From contig CM075989.1 in NCBI GenBank assembly GCA_038087875.1, positions 62,001 to 126,000 on the forward strand: a stretch of DNA of 64,000 nt. The letters run 5' to 3'. This DNA comes from Malacoraja senta. Its lineage: Eukaryota. The translations under genes were made by a program, and so were the position numbers. The notes under the pieces are model-generated. The model saw nothing but the letters and a program-made list of their open reading frames with translations, made no database searches and had not been told where the DNA came from. Of the stretch, positions 12,031 to 25,240 are shown piece after piece (position 1 is the first letter of the stretch; every line of letters starts with the position of its first letter).

Positions 12031-13748
12031 CAGTTGCTAGACAAGGGAACTAACTTTGAAACTAATGAAGCTTAAATTTCAGGGCCATTAATCCCGGAGG
12101 GGCCCCTGAAGCGACTTTAGTCCACATTGCTTAAAAATGTTGGGTCTGCTGTATGAGGAGGTGTTTAAAATAATAATAATAATAATATATTGTAATTCAA
12201 TACAAAATAATAGTTACAATTAAAATTAAAAGGTTATTAAAGTATCATGTAGGCTCGCCGTAAACGACAAAACAACGTTCAAATTAAGGATGTTTCATTC
12301 TAAATAATTTAAAACATTATTAACATTTCTGACAGAAATTAAAACTTTTATTTGAATTATTTATCTTAGGCTTGCAGTAATCGAAAAAAATGAAAGCAAA
12401 TTTCGATGCTTGCGGTCATTGTAAAGGCCAACACTTTGGAAACTTTATGTTTTCACGAATAATCTTATAAAACCTTAAAATATACTAAACATATAAAACC
12501 ATTACAATAAATAATAACAATTTGAATAATGTACGATTAAAATACAGTAAAAATAAAAAGGTAATAAAAATATCTTCTTTGGTAGATACAAACAGTAGAT
12601 ACCGCGTCGTAACAACAAGGGGAGCAGTTGAAAATGCAATCGCAATCACAATGCAAACGTGAATCACGTGATTATCACGTCGTGATAGCACTCGTGATAG
12701 CGATCTGGAATAATTTTTTTTCAATAAAGTGTTCATAAGAATACAATATTTTAATTACCTCTTCTCAAAAATTAATGTTATATTTAGAAAAGTGAGGTAA
12801 GTGATAAAAGTGAAATAGTGTTAGATTGGCCTAAGCCTATTGTTTTTATGAAGAGGTGAACGGAAGGAAGGCAGCGACTGCAAAGCCTAGGCTAATACTG
12901 TATTACAAGTATTTATGAAAAAGTTTTTTTTTTAAATCTCAGAAAGTAGACCTAAAAAGTTGTTGACTATTATAGCATTTTGCAGGAGCTGTATTTTTTT
13001 TTTAATTTCTGGATCTCCAAGAAGATAGGGGTTTTTAAACACACAGCTTCAAACGCATTGTTACAAGGACATTTTCAGATGGAACAAGTGGTATTGCTTC
13101 TTTGAGATGAGCTGACAAATTTAGGATAGAAGTTCTATATCAACTCTATGACTGTTTGATAATCCTGTTACGCAAGAGTATTGACCCATGTGAGCAGATT
13201 GCGAAAATGTTTAAGTTAGATGCAGACAGTATTAAACGTATTATATCATATTACGAAGATGATATGGACCACAAATCAGTAAACGAGAGTTATCAGTTCA
13301 AAGAATATTTGCACCTTACGATAATCCCAGAACACAGAAGAAAATACGTCATCTAAAATGCAATGTGCAGAAGTTGTTCAGCTTATTTATGAGCAACACC
13401 TAATTGAAGTGTTCCCCAATATTACTACTACGCTTAAGCTGTACTTGACAATGCCTATCACAAGCTGTGAAGCAGAAAGGTATTTCAAAAATGTCCCTAA
13501 TTTTCAACCCTCCATAACTCGGAATTTTTTTATTCACAACAGTGACTTTGACATGTGAAATAATCCACTACATCAATTTTCATCAACATTTGAAATGTGT
13601 GGTTGAATTTTAAAAAAGTGTAGTGATCCGTCGTGGAACAACCCCATTGAAGAAGATAACAGTGGTTACCGAAACCCCGTTGCTGTTTGCGAAGGGGCCC
13701 CCATAACAGTTCAAGCTTCAGGGCCCCAGAAATGTAGGTCCCCCACTG
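12031..13748 (+). mobile_element. decayed hAT DNA transposon; longer copy at 38669-40736
   Basis: FPNITTTLKLYLTMPITSCEAERYF resembles the hAT C-terminal dimerisation motif; ends CAGT...CACTG; no convincing 8-bp TSD. Confidence 0.7.
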
Positions 13749-13799
13749 TAGCTGTAGGGAAAAACTAGGACAGATGAAATATTAAATGTGTTCGTCAAA

Positions 13800-14146
<347 letters not shown>

Positions 14147-14149
14147 CTC

Positions 14150-14780
14150 GTTCACTCAAACAAAGAGTGAATGGGGAACTAACAGATTGGTTTGCCACTG
14201 CAGTTGCAGTGCGACAAGAGTGTGTGATCTCACCACAGCTATTTAACATCCTGCACGAACTAGTCATGTTGTATGCATTGCACGACACACATATGTAGGC
14301 GTAAATATCCAAGGTCAGCTCCTAAATAACCTGCGCTTCGCAGATGACATCGCACTCATTGCTGCGAGTGAAACCGACCTCCAGACTTTGGTAAACCTCG
14401 TACATGAAATCAAAAAAGCTTTTGGACTGAAAATTAACTTAGCAAAAACACGTGCCGGGGATCTCCAAAGAGAACATTAAATAAATATCTAAATCAATGA
14501 CACATCATTAGCCCAGTTGAGGATTTCACATATCTAGGAGGAAAGATATGTCAAACTGGATCCTACACCCAAGACGTAAAATTACGCATTGGGAAAGCTG
14601 TTGGGACTGTTCAAAACCTCCAAAAGATATGGAGCGCCAAAGACATCAGAAGCAGCACTAAGATCAATCTCTATAAAGTATTTGTGCTCTCAATACTGTT
14701 GTATGGAGCATAAATATAGACACTAAGAAAGGAAGTTGAAAACAGACTTTCAACATTTGAAGTGATGTCCCTTCACAAAA
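14150..14780 (+). mobile_element. old RTE-clade LINE RT fragment; copy at about 41330-41960
   Basis: Manual translation shows [31 protein letters not shown] and FTYLG. Confidence 0.75.
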
Positions 14781-14797
14781 TAAGGCCCCTTCCTAAC

Positions 14798-14863
14798 CCT
14801 GTTGCTTGTTCATGGTTCCAAGCGAGAGGCTAAGTGGCAGTGATTGTAGAATGTTTGCACGTC
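14798..14863 (-). CDS. speculative 66-nt phase1-phase1 middle (propiece) exon, (G)RANILQSLPLSLSLGTMNKQQ; paralogue at 41977-42042
   Basis: tttAG acceptor, G|GTTAGG donor, open and frame-preserving in both copies, and sits in a short non-TE-looking island of the intron. Confidence 0.25.
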
Positions 14864-15388
14864 CTAAATATAGAAACATAGGTGCAGGAAGAGGCCATTC
14901 GGCCCTTTGAGCCATCACCGGCATTCGATAATATCATGACTGATCATCTAAAATCAGGACCCCGTTCCTGCTTTCTCCCCATATCCCTTGATTACATTAG
15001 TGCTAAGAGCTAGATCTAACTCCCGCGTGAAAAACAAAACATTGAATTGGCCTCCACTGCATTCGTCATCTCAGTGCAAAATAGCCTACCCCTTATTCTT
15101 AAACTGTGTGACCCCTGTTTCTGGACTTCCCCAACATTGGGAACATCTTTCCTGCATCTAGCCTGTCCAAACCCTTAAGAATTGCAAATGTTTCTTTAAG
15201 ATTCCCTGTCACCCATCCAAGTTCCAGTGAATATAAGCCCAGTCGACCTATTCTTTCATCATATGACAGTCTCGCCATCCCGAGACTCAACCTGGTGAAC
15301 CTATACTGCACTCCCTCAATAGCAAGAATGTCCTTCCTCAAATTAGGAGACCATAACTGGACACATATCCAAGGTCCGTATAAACGGC

Positions 15389-15437
15389 CTGCTGCATGAA
15401 GCAATGCAATGATGCAAATTGATGCAAATATGTACAT
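15389..15437 (-). CDS. candidate signal-peptide exon of defensin copy A (MYIFASICIIALLHAA+G)
   Basis: ATG followed by a hydrophobic stretch ending in small residues, in non-TE sequence upstream of the defensin exon on the same strand. Phase-1 ends are possible at CAG|gccgtt or GGCC|gtttat, both weak donors. Confidence 0.5.
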
Positions 15438-15794
15438 TAAAATAGAATTAGCTAATCGATCGTTTGGATATAAATGTGCCAATTCAAAACGGCAAAGCCT
15501 AGTCAAGATCTGGATGAAGGTCATGCATTAGGAACGCATCCGTTTACAATGCGTGCAAAATAAATGAAAAGATTGTGCGGCGACCTCTGTGACATTGTGG
15601 ATATAAATACAAAACCTCATCTTCTGAACAGAGCAACAGACAATAAGCGACTTCGGTATTCCGAAAAACGCAAGGAATCGTGGGATTTGTCAAACCTCAA
15701 ACGCTATGAATCAAATCGAACGAAGCGCTGTAGATTCAGTGAACATAGTTTGGGTCCATTTTTTTGGTCCTTTTTCAAGTTTGTATTTGTCAGG

Positions 15795-17832
15795 GGGCAG
15801 AGTGATGGGGCAGATCAGAGCGGGAGAGCGGGGGGGGGGGCTGCACCGGCGGAGATATTCTCGGCAGCTGCACGTACACAGACCCACGCCTCATCCGCAG
15901 CCAGGCTCGAGCCCGTGACCCTGGCGCCGCAAGCGCTGCCGAACCGCCACTGGACCGAACCCTGTCCCACCCCCCCCCCCCCGATCGTGTGTCACATCCC
16001 CGCCCGGGGGCACGTCCTGAGTCATCCTGACCGGCGGGACACTGACCCCAGGCCCACTGCCAGCATGCAGAATAAGTGCCAACCCCAGATCACCTCCGCC
16101 TCTCCCCACGGGCCAACCGACAGCCCCGGACCGACGACACCAGTGGCCCAGGCCCGCAACCAGCGCGGAGAAGAAGCGCCTACTCCAGCCCAACCCCGCT
16201 CCAAATCCAGAGGAATCCGCTCCCCGATGGGACGCTACTACGACAAGAGCCAGTTTAACCATGGCTGTCTGGACAACACTTCTTCCCACCCTTCTTCCTG
16301 TAAGGACCATCTCCCACTCCCAATTCCTCCGTCTACACCGCATCTGCTCCCAGGATGACGCGTTCCACACCAGGGCATCCGAAATGTCCTCATTCTTCAG
16401 GGAACGGGGGTTCCCCTCCTCCACCATAGATGAGGCTCGCACCAGGGTCTCTGCTATACCCCGCAACACTGCTCTCTCTCCCCATCCCCCCACTCGCAAC
16501 AAGGGCAGTGTCCCCCTAGTCCTCACCTTTCACCCCACCAGCCGTCACATACAACAAGTGATCCTCCGTCAGTTTAGCCACCTCCAACGTGACCCCACCA
16601 CTCGCCACATCTTCCCATCTCCCCTATGTCTGCCTTCCACAAAGACCGCTCCCTCCGTAACTCCCTTGTCAATGCTTCCCTTCCCTCCCGTCCCCGGGCA
16701 CTTTCCCAAGCGCAAGAGATGCAACACTTGTCCCTTCACCTCCCCCCTCGACTCCATTCAAGGACCCAAGCAGTCGTTCCAGGTGCGACAGAGGTTCACC
16801 TGCATCTCTTCCAACCTCATCTATTGCATCCGCTGCTCTAGATGCCAGCTGATCTACATCGGTGAGACCAAGCTTGGCGATCGTTTCGCCGAACACCTCC
16901 GTTCGGTCCGCAATAACCAACTTGACCTCCCGGTGGCTCAGCACTTCAACTCCCCCTCCCATTCCGTATCCGACCTCTCTGTCCTGGGTCTCCTCCATGG
17001 CCACAGCGAGCAACACCGGAAATTGGAGGAAATGCACCTCATATTCCACTTGGGCAGTCTGCATGCTGGGGGCATGAACATTGAATTCTCCCAATTTTGC
17101 TAGCCCTTGCTGTCTCCTCCCCTTCCTCAGCCCACTGGTTGTCTCCTCCCACCCCTCAGCCCTCGGGCTCCTCCTCCGCCTTTTTCCTTTCTTCTCCCCA
17201 CCCCCTATCAGTCTGAAGAAGGGTTTCGGCCCGAAACGTTGCCTACTTCCTTCGCTCCATAGATGCTGCTGCACCCGCTGAGTTTCTCCAGCATTTGTGT
17301 GTACCTTCGATTTTCCAGCATCTGCAGTTCCTTCTTTAACAGTTGAACCATGGCCTGGCCGAGCTGCGCTCCCTCAGCCACCGCGTCAAGTACAAGACGG
17401 CGCCGTGGCGCACCTTGCACACAACCGGCTTCTGCCCCTACGGTACCCGCTGCCACATCATCCACAACCCCGGGGAGGAGCGAGGGCCCAGGACTCGCCT
17501 GCGCCAGAGCCCCCACAAACCCGAGCCAGCCTGGGCTCGGCCTCCTCCGGTTCGACTGGGCCGCGCTGCGGGTGGCCTTCAGCCCTGACCTGGAGTTGGA
17601 GCTGGCCCGGGCTCTGAGCTCGGGGCTGGGCAGGGGAGGAGGAAGTTGTTGCTGCCGCCAGCACCACCTTCACCAACAGCAGCGGGAGCCCGGCCTGCCC
17701 ATGGCCGGCAGGAGCCTGTCTGTAGACTCTCTGTCCGACCAGGACGACTCCAGCAGCAGCGGCTCCGAGTCCCCCGACTTCGAGCAGGGTCGGCGGCTGC
17801 CCATCTTCAGCAGGTTATCTATGTCGGACTGA
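15795..17832 (+). pseudogene. ZFP36-family pseudogene, copy 2
   Basis: [40 protein letters not shown] and RRLPIFSRLSMSD* lie in different frames; Penelope insert at 16266-17339. Confidence 0.9.
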
Positions 17833-19131
17833 GGGAAGGGGGTGGAGGTGGAGAAGATAAGTCAGTCAAGGTGTTGCTGTCCCGTCAGGTTGTGGTTGCG
17901 TGCCGTCTCCCATAGGGTGTCACCCTCCCCTCCGGGTTTGTGGGGGCTGGCGTACCCTGGTGTGGAAGACGGGAGGGGGCAAGGGGCAGTGGCATCTTTC
18001 CAATTGGGAGAATGTAAGTTCTCAACAGCCACTGGACAAGGCGAGAGGTCACCGGCCCGCCGGGAATGCCCCCCCCCCCCCCCCACCTGGAGCCGGAGCA
18101 GAGCCAGCGCCCCCGCCCCGCGCCGACTGCAAGTAGTATTGCGTAGGCTAATGGGACTGAAGGATGATAAATCGCCTGGGCCTGATGGTCTGCATCCCAG
18201 GGTCCTCGTGGAGGTGGCTCTAGAAATAGAGGACGCATTGGTGATCATTTTCCAATGTTCACTTGATTCAGGATCAGTTCCTGTGGATTGGAGGATAGCT
18301 AATGTTATCCCACTTTTCAAGAAAGGATCGAGTAAGAAAACGGGGAATTACAGACGAGTTAGCCTGACTTCGGTGGTGGGAAAGATGCTGGAGTCAATTA
18401 TTAAAGAGCTAATAATGGGGCATTTGGATAGCAGTAAAAGGATTAATCCAATTCAGCATGGATTTATGAAAGAGAAATCATGCTTGACTAATCGTCTGGA
18501 ATTTTTTGAGGATGTGACAAGTAAAACGGATGAAGGGTATATAGTGTATCTAGACTTTCAGAAAGCCTTTGATAAGGTCCCGCACGGGAGACTGGTGACT
18601 AAAATTAGAGCACATGGTATTGGGGGTAGGGTGTTTGGGGCCGCAACTGTTTACCATATATATTAATGATTTGGAAGAGGGAATTAGGAGCAACACAGGC
18701 AAGTTTGCGGATGACACAAAGCTGGGTGGCGGTGTGAACTGTGAAGTGGATATTAGGAGGTTGCAGGGTGACCTGGACAGGTTGAGTGAGTGGGCAGATG
18801 CGTGGCAGATGCAGTATAATATAGATAAATGTGAGGTTATCCACTTTGGCGGCAAAAACAAGGGGGCAGATTATTATCTCAATGGGGTTAGGTTAGGTAA
18901 GGGGAAGGAACAGCGAGACCAGGGTGTCCTTGTACACCGGTCACTGAAAGTTGGCGTGCAGGTACAGCAGGCAGTGAAGAAAGCTAATGGAATGTTGGCC
19001 TTCATAACAAGAGGATTTCAGTATAGGAGTAAAGAGGTTCTGCAGCTGTATAGGGCTCCGGTAAGACCACATCTGGAGTATTGTGTACAGTTTTGGTCTC
19101 CTAATTTGAGGAAGAACATCCTTGTGATTAA

Positions 19132-19831
19132 ATGGCCTGTCCTACGGGTAGGCGACTCCATGCGGCAAGCGCAACCTAACCGGAAGCGGGGGCCGCGCGG
19201 AGGCCGAGTGATCACCGTACGGCCTGTCCCACGGGCATGCGATTCCATGCGGCGAGCGCAACCTTACCGGAAGCGGGGGCCGCGCCGACGTCCAGTTCGA
19301 GCGAAGTCCGTTGGAAGCTCGAGCGGTTTTTATGTAGGTGAACACGGGTAGGTGATGTTTAGGTTTTTATGTAGGTGAACACGGGTAGGTGATGTTTCGG
19401 GTCGAGACCCTTCCTCAGACCATAGAAGACTGCAGAAGACTTCAGTCCGAAGAAGGTGTCTCGACCCAAAACACCACCTGTCCACAGAAGCTGCCTGATC
19501 TACTGAGTTACTCCAGCATGTTTGGTGTGTCCATCATCGGTGTAAATGGGCATCTGCAGTTCCTTCCTTCACAACAATTCCAGAGTTGACGGAGACGGTG
19601 CACGCGGCGTCGAGGCGGTGCGCGCAGCCTCGATGCGGCAGGCCGTTGCCGCGCGGAATTTTTGAGCAGTGTCGGTTTTTCGGAGCCCCGCGCGGTGTCG
19701 AGACCAACTCCATACGGCTCCGGCGATCTACGTGGGACCAGCCCCGTGACCTCCGCGCGGCCCCCGCACGCCCCCCGCTTCCGGTTAGGTCGCGCTTGCC
19801 GCATGGAGGGCCTGCCCATGGGACAGGCCCT
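19132..19831. mobile_element. non-autonomous DNA transposon (PIF/Harbinger-type MITE); copy at 51081-51760, truncated copy at 4066-4562
   Basis: About 60-bp imperfect TIRs A(T/G)GGCCTGTCC(C/T)A...CCGGAAGCGGGGG and TAA duplicated at 19129-19131 and 19832-19834; removing it restores the CR1 reading ILVIKAVQRRFTR. Confidence 0.8.
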
Positions 19832-22014
19832 TAAGGCAGTGCAGCGTAGGTTCACGAGATTGAGCCCCGGGATGGCGGGACTGTCATATGAGAAAAGATT
19901 GAAAAGACTAGGCTTGTATTCACTGGAGTTTAGTAGGATGAGGGGGCATATTATAGAAACATAAAATTATAAAAGGACTGGACAAGCTAGATGCAGGAAA
20001 AATGTTCCCAATGTTGGGCGAATACAGAACCAGGGGCCACAGTCTTAGAATAAAGGGGAGGCCATTTAAGACTGAGGTGAGAAAAAACTTTTTTACCCAG
20101 AGATTTTTGAATTTGTGGAATTGCCTGCCACAGAGGGCAGTGGAGGCCAAATCATAGGATAGATTTAAGAGAGAGTTCGATAGAGCTCTAGGGGCTAGTG
20201 GTAACAAGGGATATGGGGAGAATATAGTCATAGTCAATGCCTACTATGTTCTGTTGTGCTGAAGCAAAGCAAGAATTTCATTGTCCTATTAGGGACACAT
20301 GACAATAAACTCACTTGAACTTGAACTTGAAGGCAGGCACGGGTTATTGATAGGGGCAGATCAGCCATGATCACAATGAATGGCGGTTCTGACTCGAAGG
20401 GCCGAATGGTCTTCTCCTGCACCTATTTTCTGTGTTTCTATGTTTCTAAACCAGGCGTTAGTGTAGATCGACCTCAGATGCAGATCACTGTTGCTGATTG
20501 TTGTTCTCCCGATCCGAAATCCAGTTCGGGTTTCCACTATACCATCTGGTGGTGTGTGAAAAGCTGTTCTCACTTTGATCTAGGATTCAGAGCCTACAGC
20601 AGCTTATGTAATGCTGTCTCCATGTGATGTTATTAAAATACTTATTATGAAGTTAAACGACTCATTGTTATCAGTATTTCGTACCCCAGACCCACCAAGC
20701 CCTGATACACGACTCACGCTGAGACCCACCGCCGACCTCTCCCCCAAAACCTTGTCTCTGTGACCTCCCTATCAAGGGATGATTGAACTAAGGAATTGAA
20801 GCGAAAGGCGTCTCTGCGGAAGGCAGCCAGCGAGGGGTGGAGATGGTAAGACGTAGATGTGACTGGACGTGGGATGGAAACCACGGCATACAATGTTGTG
20901 GATGCAAAAGCAGGTGTTTACCCCACAAAAATGTGTACTTACACATCGCCTGTTGTTCTGGAGTCATTGCGGACGCACGCGCAACCAGCAACATGCCAAT
21001 GAGAAACAGGAACATTATCCCCATCTTTTGCTTGCTTCTTATTTAAGGTCAAAGAATGCGAGAAGATCTGCTATCTAAACTGAGACTTTGCTGCATTTAT
21101 ACTGAACGAGGAGGTGCGTTGCGTTGACGGGTATGGTGTGGTGAAGGTGCCAGCTAGTCAGTCATTGTGGACGTTTTGTTCCATGCGGAGCCCGTCGGTC
21201 CATCAAGTCTTCATTGGCTCGGGCACACCGATCAGTTGCCAGCATGATTTACCAAGACAGCATGATCTAGTCTGCAATACACATGTTCCAAGTTTATATG
21301 TCGTAAAACTGACGCCAGACGCTGAAAGAGCCCGCGTGTCAAACTTCCGGACATGACTCCTTGTCCTCGGGCTTCATGTCCATTTCATTCGTGTAACGTG
21401 TCCAGGCCTAATGAATCCGTGTTTCGACAAGAATGTAAGACATGTTCAATTTCCTGTCGTTGGCAAATGTACCAGCAACCTGCCGCACAACCCCATGCGA
21501 ATCAACTGAACCCAGTATTCCACATGCAGAATAACAAACATCTGGTACAACTGTAGCACAAGGTGGTAGCTTCACAGACATCTGGTACAATTGTAGTATG
21601 AAGTGCAGCCTCACAAACATCTGGTACAACAATAGCTTGAGGTGCTAGCTTCGGCCCACTTATCCAGTTGATCAAGGACATGCCTTCCAGTCCTGGCCAA
21701 ATGCAATCTGATTTAATTTCATTCATTTCTGCTGTCAATGTGGAGTTCTGACCCTCGTAATCTCGGCAGGAATGTCATTTTAAAAGAAAGCTATGAGCCA
21801 GAGCTGATCAATAGGAACAGCAAAAGGGTTGTTTGCCATTAATTCGATGCGCCGACAAGCTATTTCTGCAGAGCTTGTTGCGATCACGTTTTCTTTCTGA
21901 TTTGACTGCAGCTTGACTGCTTTATTCTGGTGTTTTAGAATAGGGCAGTGGAGCCCTGGTCATCCCGGAGCCACGAGAAGTCAGTTCGCACTTCGTTGTG
22001 GTCCATGATGAAGA

Positions 22015-25000
22015 GTTGGTTTAGATAACTATCCCTCATACATTACAAGAAATCCTCTTCCTCAGCACCCCTGCCAATTTGATTCACCCAATCTTTATGT
22101 GGATTGAAGTCACCCATTATAACTGTTTTGCCTTTGTTGCACGCATTTCTAATTTCCTGTTTGATGCCATCCCCAACTTCACTACTACTGCTAGGTGGCC
22201 TGTACACAACACCCACCAGCGTTTTCTGCCCCTAAGTGTTTCGCAGCTCTACCCATACCGATTCCACATCCTCCAAGCTAATGTCCTTCCTTTCCACTGC
22301 GTTAATGTCCTCTCTAACCAGCAACGCTACCCCACCTCCTTTTCCTTTCTCTCTGTCCCTCCTGAATATTGAATATCCCTGGATGTTCAGCTCCCAGCCT
22401 TGGTCACCCTGGAGCCATTTCTCCGTGATCCCAACTATATCATAATCATTAATTGCTATCTGCACGTTCAACTCATCCACCTTATTACGAATGCTCCTTG
22501 CATTGAGACACAAAGCCTTCAGGCTTGTTTTTACAACGCTCTTACCCTTTATTCAATTATGTTGAAAAGTGGCTCTTTTTGATTTTTGCCCTGGATTTGT
22601 CTGCCTGCCACTTTTACTTTTCACCTTGCTACCTATTGCTTCCGCCCGCATTTTACACCCTCTGTTTCTCTGCTCACCCATTTAAGAACCCCACCACCTC
22701 TTATTCTCTGTTTATTATTGTTTTCTTCTTTCCCCGCTACATGTTGGGTCTGAGTGCTTTCCTTCTCTGCCTCCTGCCTCACACACTGTCTAATAGCATT
22801 CTCTATTTGAGTCCCTGGATGTTCAGGAAGAGGATTTCTTGGAATGTATGAGGGATAGTTATCTAAACCAACATGCAGAGGAACCAACGAGAGAGCAGGC
22901 TATTCTAGACTGGGTATTGAGTAATGAGGAAGGGTTAGTTAGCAGTCTTGTTGTGCGTGCCCCCTTGGGCAAGAGTGACCATAATATGGTTGCGTTCTTC
23001 ATTAGGATGGAGAGTGACATTGTTAATTCAGAAACAACGGTTCTGAACTTAAAGAAAGGTAACTTTGAGGGTATGAGACGTGAATTGGCCAAGATTGACT
23101 GGCAATTAGTTCTAAAAGGGTTGACGGTGGATATGCAATGGAAGGCATTTAAAGACTGCATGGATGAACTACAAAAATTGTTCATCCCAGTTTGGCAAAA
23201 GAATAAATCAGGGGAGGTAGTGCATCCGTGGATAACAAGGGAAATCAGGGATAGTATCAAAGCAAAAGATGATGCGTACAAATTAGCCAGAAAAAAGCAG
23301 CATACCAGAGGACTGGGAGAAATTCAGAGACCAGCAGAGGAGGACAAAGGGCTTAATTAGGAAAGGGAAAATAGATTATGAAAGGAAACTGGCAGGGAAC
23401 ATAAAAACTGACTGCAAACGTTTTTATAGATATGTGAAGAGAAAGAGATTAGTTAAAACAAATGTAGGTCTCTTGCAGTCAGAAACAGGTGAATTGATCA
23501 TGGGGAACAAGGATATGGCGGACCAATTGAATAACTACTTTGGTTCCGTCTTCACTAAGGAAGACATAAATAATCTGCCGGAAATAGCAGGGGGCCGCGG
23601 GTCAAAGGACGTGGAGGAACTGAGTGAAATCCAGGTTAGTCGGGAAGTGGTGTTGGGTAAATTGAATGGATTAAAGGCCGATAAATCACCAGGGCCAGAT
23701 AGGCTGCATCCCAGAGTACTTAAGGAAGTAGCTCCAGAAATAGTGGATGCATTAGTGATAATTTTTCAAAACTCTTTAGATTCTGGAGTAGTTCCTGAGG
23801 ATTGGAGGGTAGCGAACGTAACCCCACTTTTTAAGAAGGGAGGGAGAGAGAAAACGGGGAATTGCAGACCAGTTAGTCTAACATCGGTAGTGGGGAAACT
23901 GCTAGAGTCAGTTATTAAAGATGGGATAGCAGCACATTTGGAAAGTGGTGAAATCATTGGACAAAGTCAGCATGGATTTACGAAAGGTAAATCGTGTCTG
24001 ACGAATCTTATAGAATTTTTCGAGGATGTAACTAGTAGAGTGGATAGGGGAGAACCAGTGGATGTGTTGTATCTGGACTTTCAGAAGGCTTTCGACAAGG
24101 TACCACATAAGAGATTAGGATACAAACTTAAATCACACGGTATTGGGGGTTCAGTATTGATGTGGATAGAGAACTGGCTGGCAAACAGGAAGCAAAGAGT
24201 AGGAGTAAACGGGTCCTTTTCACAATGGCAGGCAGTCACTAGTGGGGTACCGCAAGGCTCAGTGCTGGGACCCCAGCTATTTACAATTTATATTAATGAT
24301 CTGGACGAGGGAATTGAAAGCAACATCTCCAAGTTTGCGGATGACACTAAGCTGGGGGGCAGTGTTAGCTGTGAGGAGGATGCTAGGAGACTGCAAGGTG
24401 ACTTGGATAGGCTGGGTGAGTGGGCAAATGTTTGGCAGATGCAGTATAATGTGGATAAATGTGAGGTTATCCACTTTGGTGGCAAAAACGGGAAGGCAGA
24501 CTATTATCTAAATGGTGGCCGATTAGGAAATGGGGAGATGCAGCGAGACCTGGGTGTCATGTGAAGACCAGGCAGTGAAGAAAGCGAATGGTATGTTGGC
24601 CTTCATAGCAAGAGGATTTGAGTATAGGAGCAGGGAGGTTCTACTGCAGTTGTACAGGGTCTTGGTGAGACCACACCTGGAGTATTGCGTACAGTTTTGG
24701 TCTCCAAATCTGAGGAAGGACATTATAGCCATAGAGGGAGTGCAAAGAAGGTTCACCAGACTGATTCCTGGGATGTCAGGACTTTCATATGAAGAAAGAC
24801 TGGATAGACTTGGCTTATACTCGCTAGAATTTAGGAGATTGAGAGGGGATCTTATAGAAACGTACAAAATTCTTATGGGGTTGGACAGGCTAGATGCAGG
24901 AAGATTATTCCCGATGTTGGGGAAGTCCAGCACAAGGGGTCACAGCTTAAGGATAAGGGGGAAATCCTTTAAGACCGAGATGAGGAAAAACTTTTTCACA

Positions 25001-25240
25001 CAGAGAGTGGTGAATCTCTGGAACTCTCTGCCACAGAGGGTAATTGAGGCCAGTTCATTGGCTATATTTAAGAGGGAGTTAGATGTGGCCCTTGTGGCTA
25101 AAGGGATCAGGGGGTATGGAGAGAAGGCAGGTACGGGATACTGAGTTGGATGATCAGCCATGATCATATTGAATGGAGGTGCAGGCTCGAAGGGCCGAGT
25201 GGCCTACTCCTGCACCTATTTTTATATGTATCTATGTATG
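22015..25240 (+). mobile_element. CR1 LINE with inverted 5' segment (22015-22815 minus, 22825-25240 plus); copy at 53120-56345
   Basis: Minus strand encodes the APE N-terminus (CLNARSIRNK...GDFN...EEDFL); plus strand resumes at EEDFLECMRD through RT (FADD) to the tail. Confidence 0.93.

Noticed and set aside
12031..13756. 8-bp TSD for the hAT remnant
   Set aside because: Flanks TGAATTAT and TAGCTGTA do not match, so the ends remain tentative.
20788..21024. ORF with signal-peptide-like start MGIMFLFLIGMLLVARASA as another secreted-peptide exon
   Set aside because: No clear donor or matching Cys exon, absent from unit 3, and antisense to a probable TE remnant.
20770..21595. Tc1/mariner insertion with TA TSD
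   Set aside because: No TIRs, and a short repeat series continues across the right boundary, so deletion in unit 3 is the better explanation.
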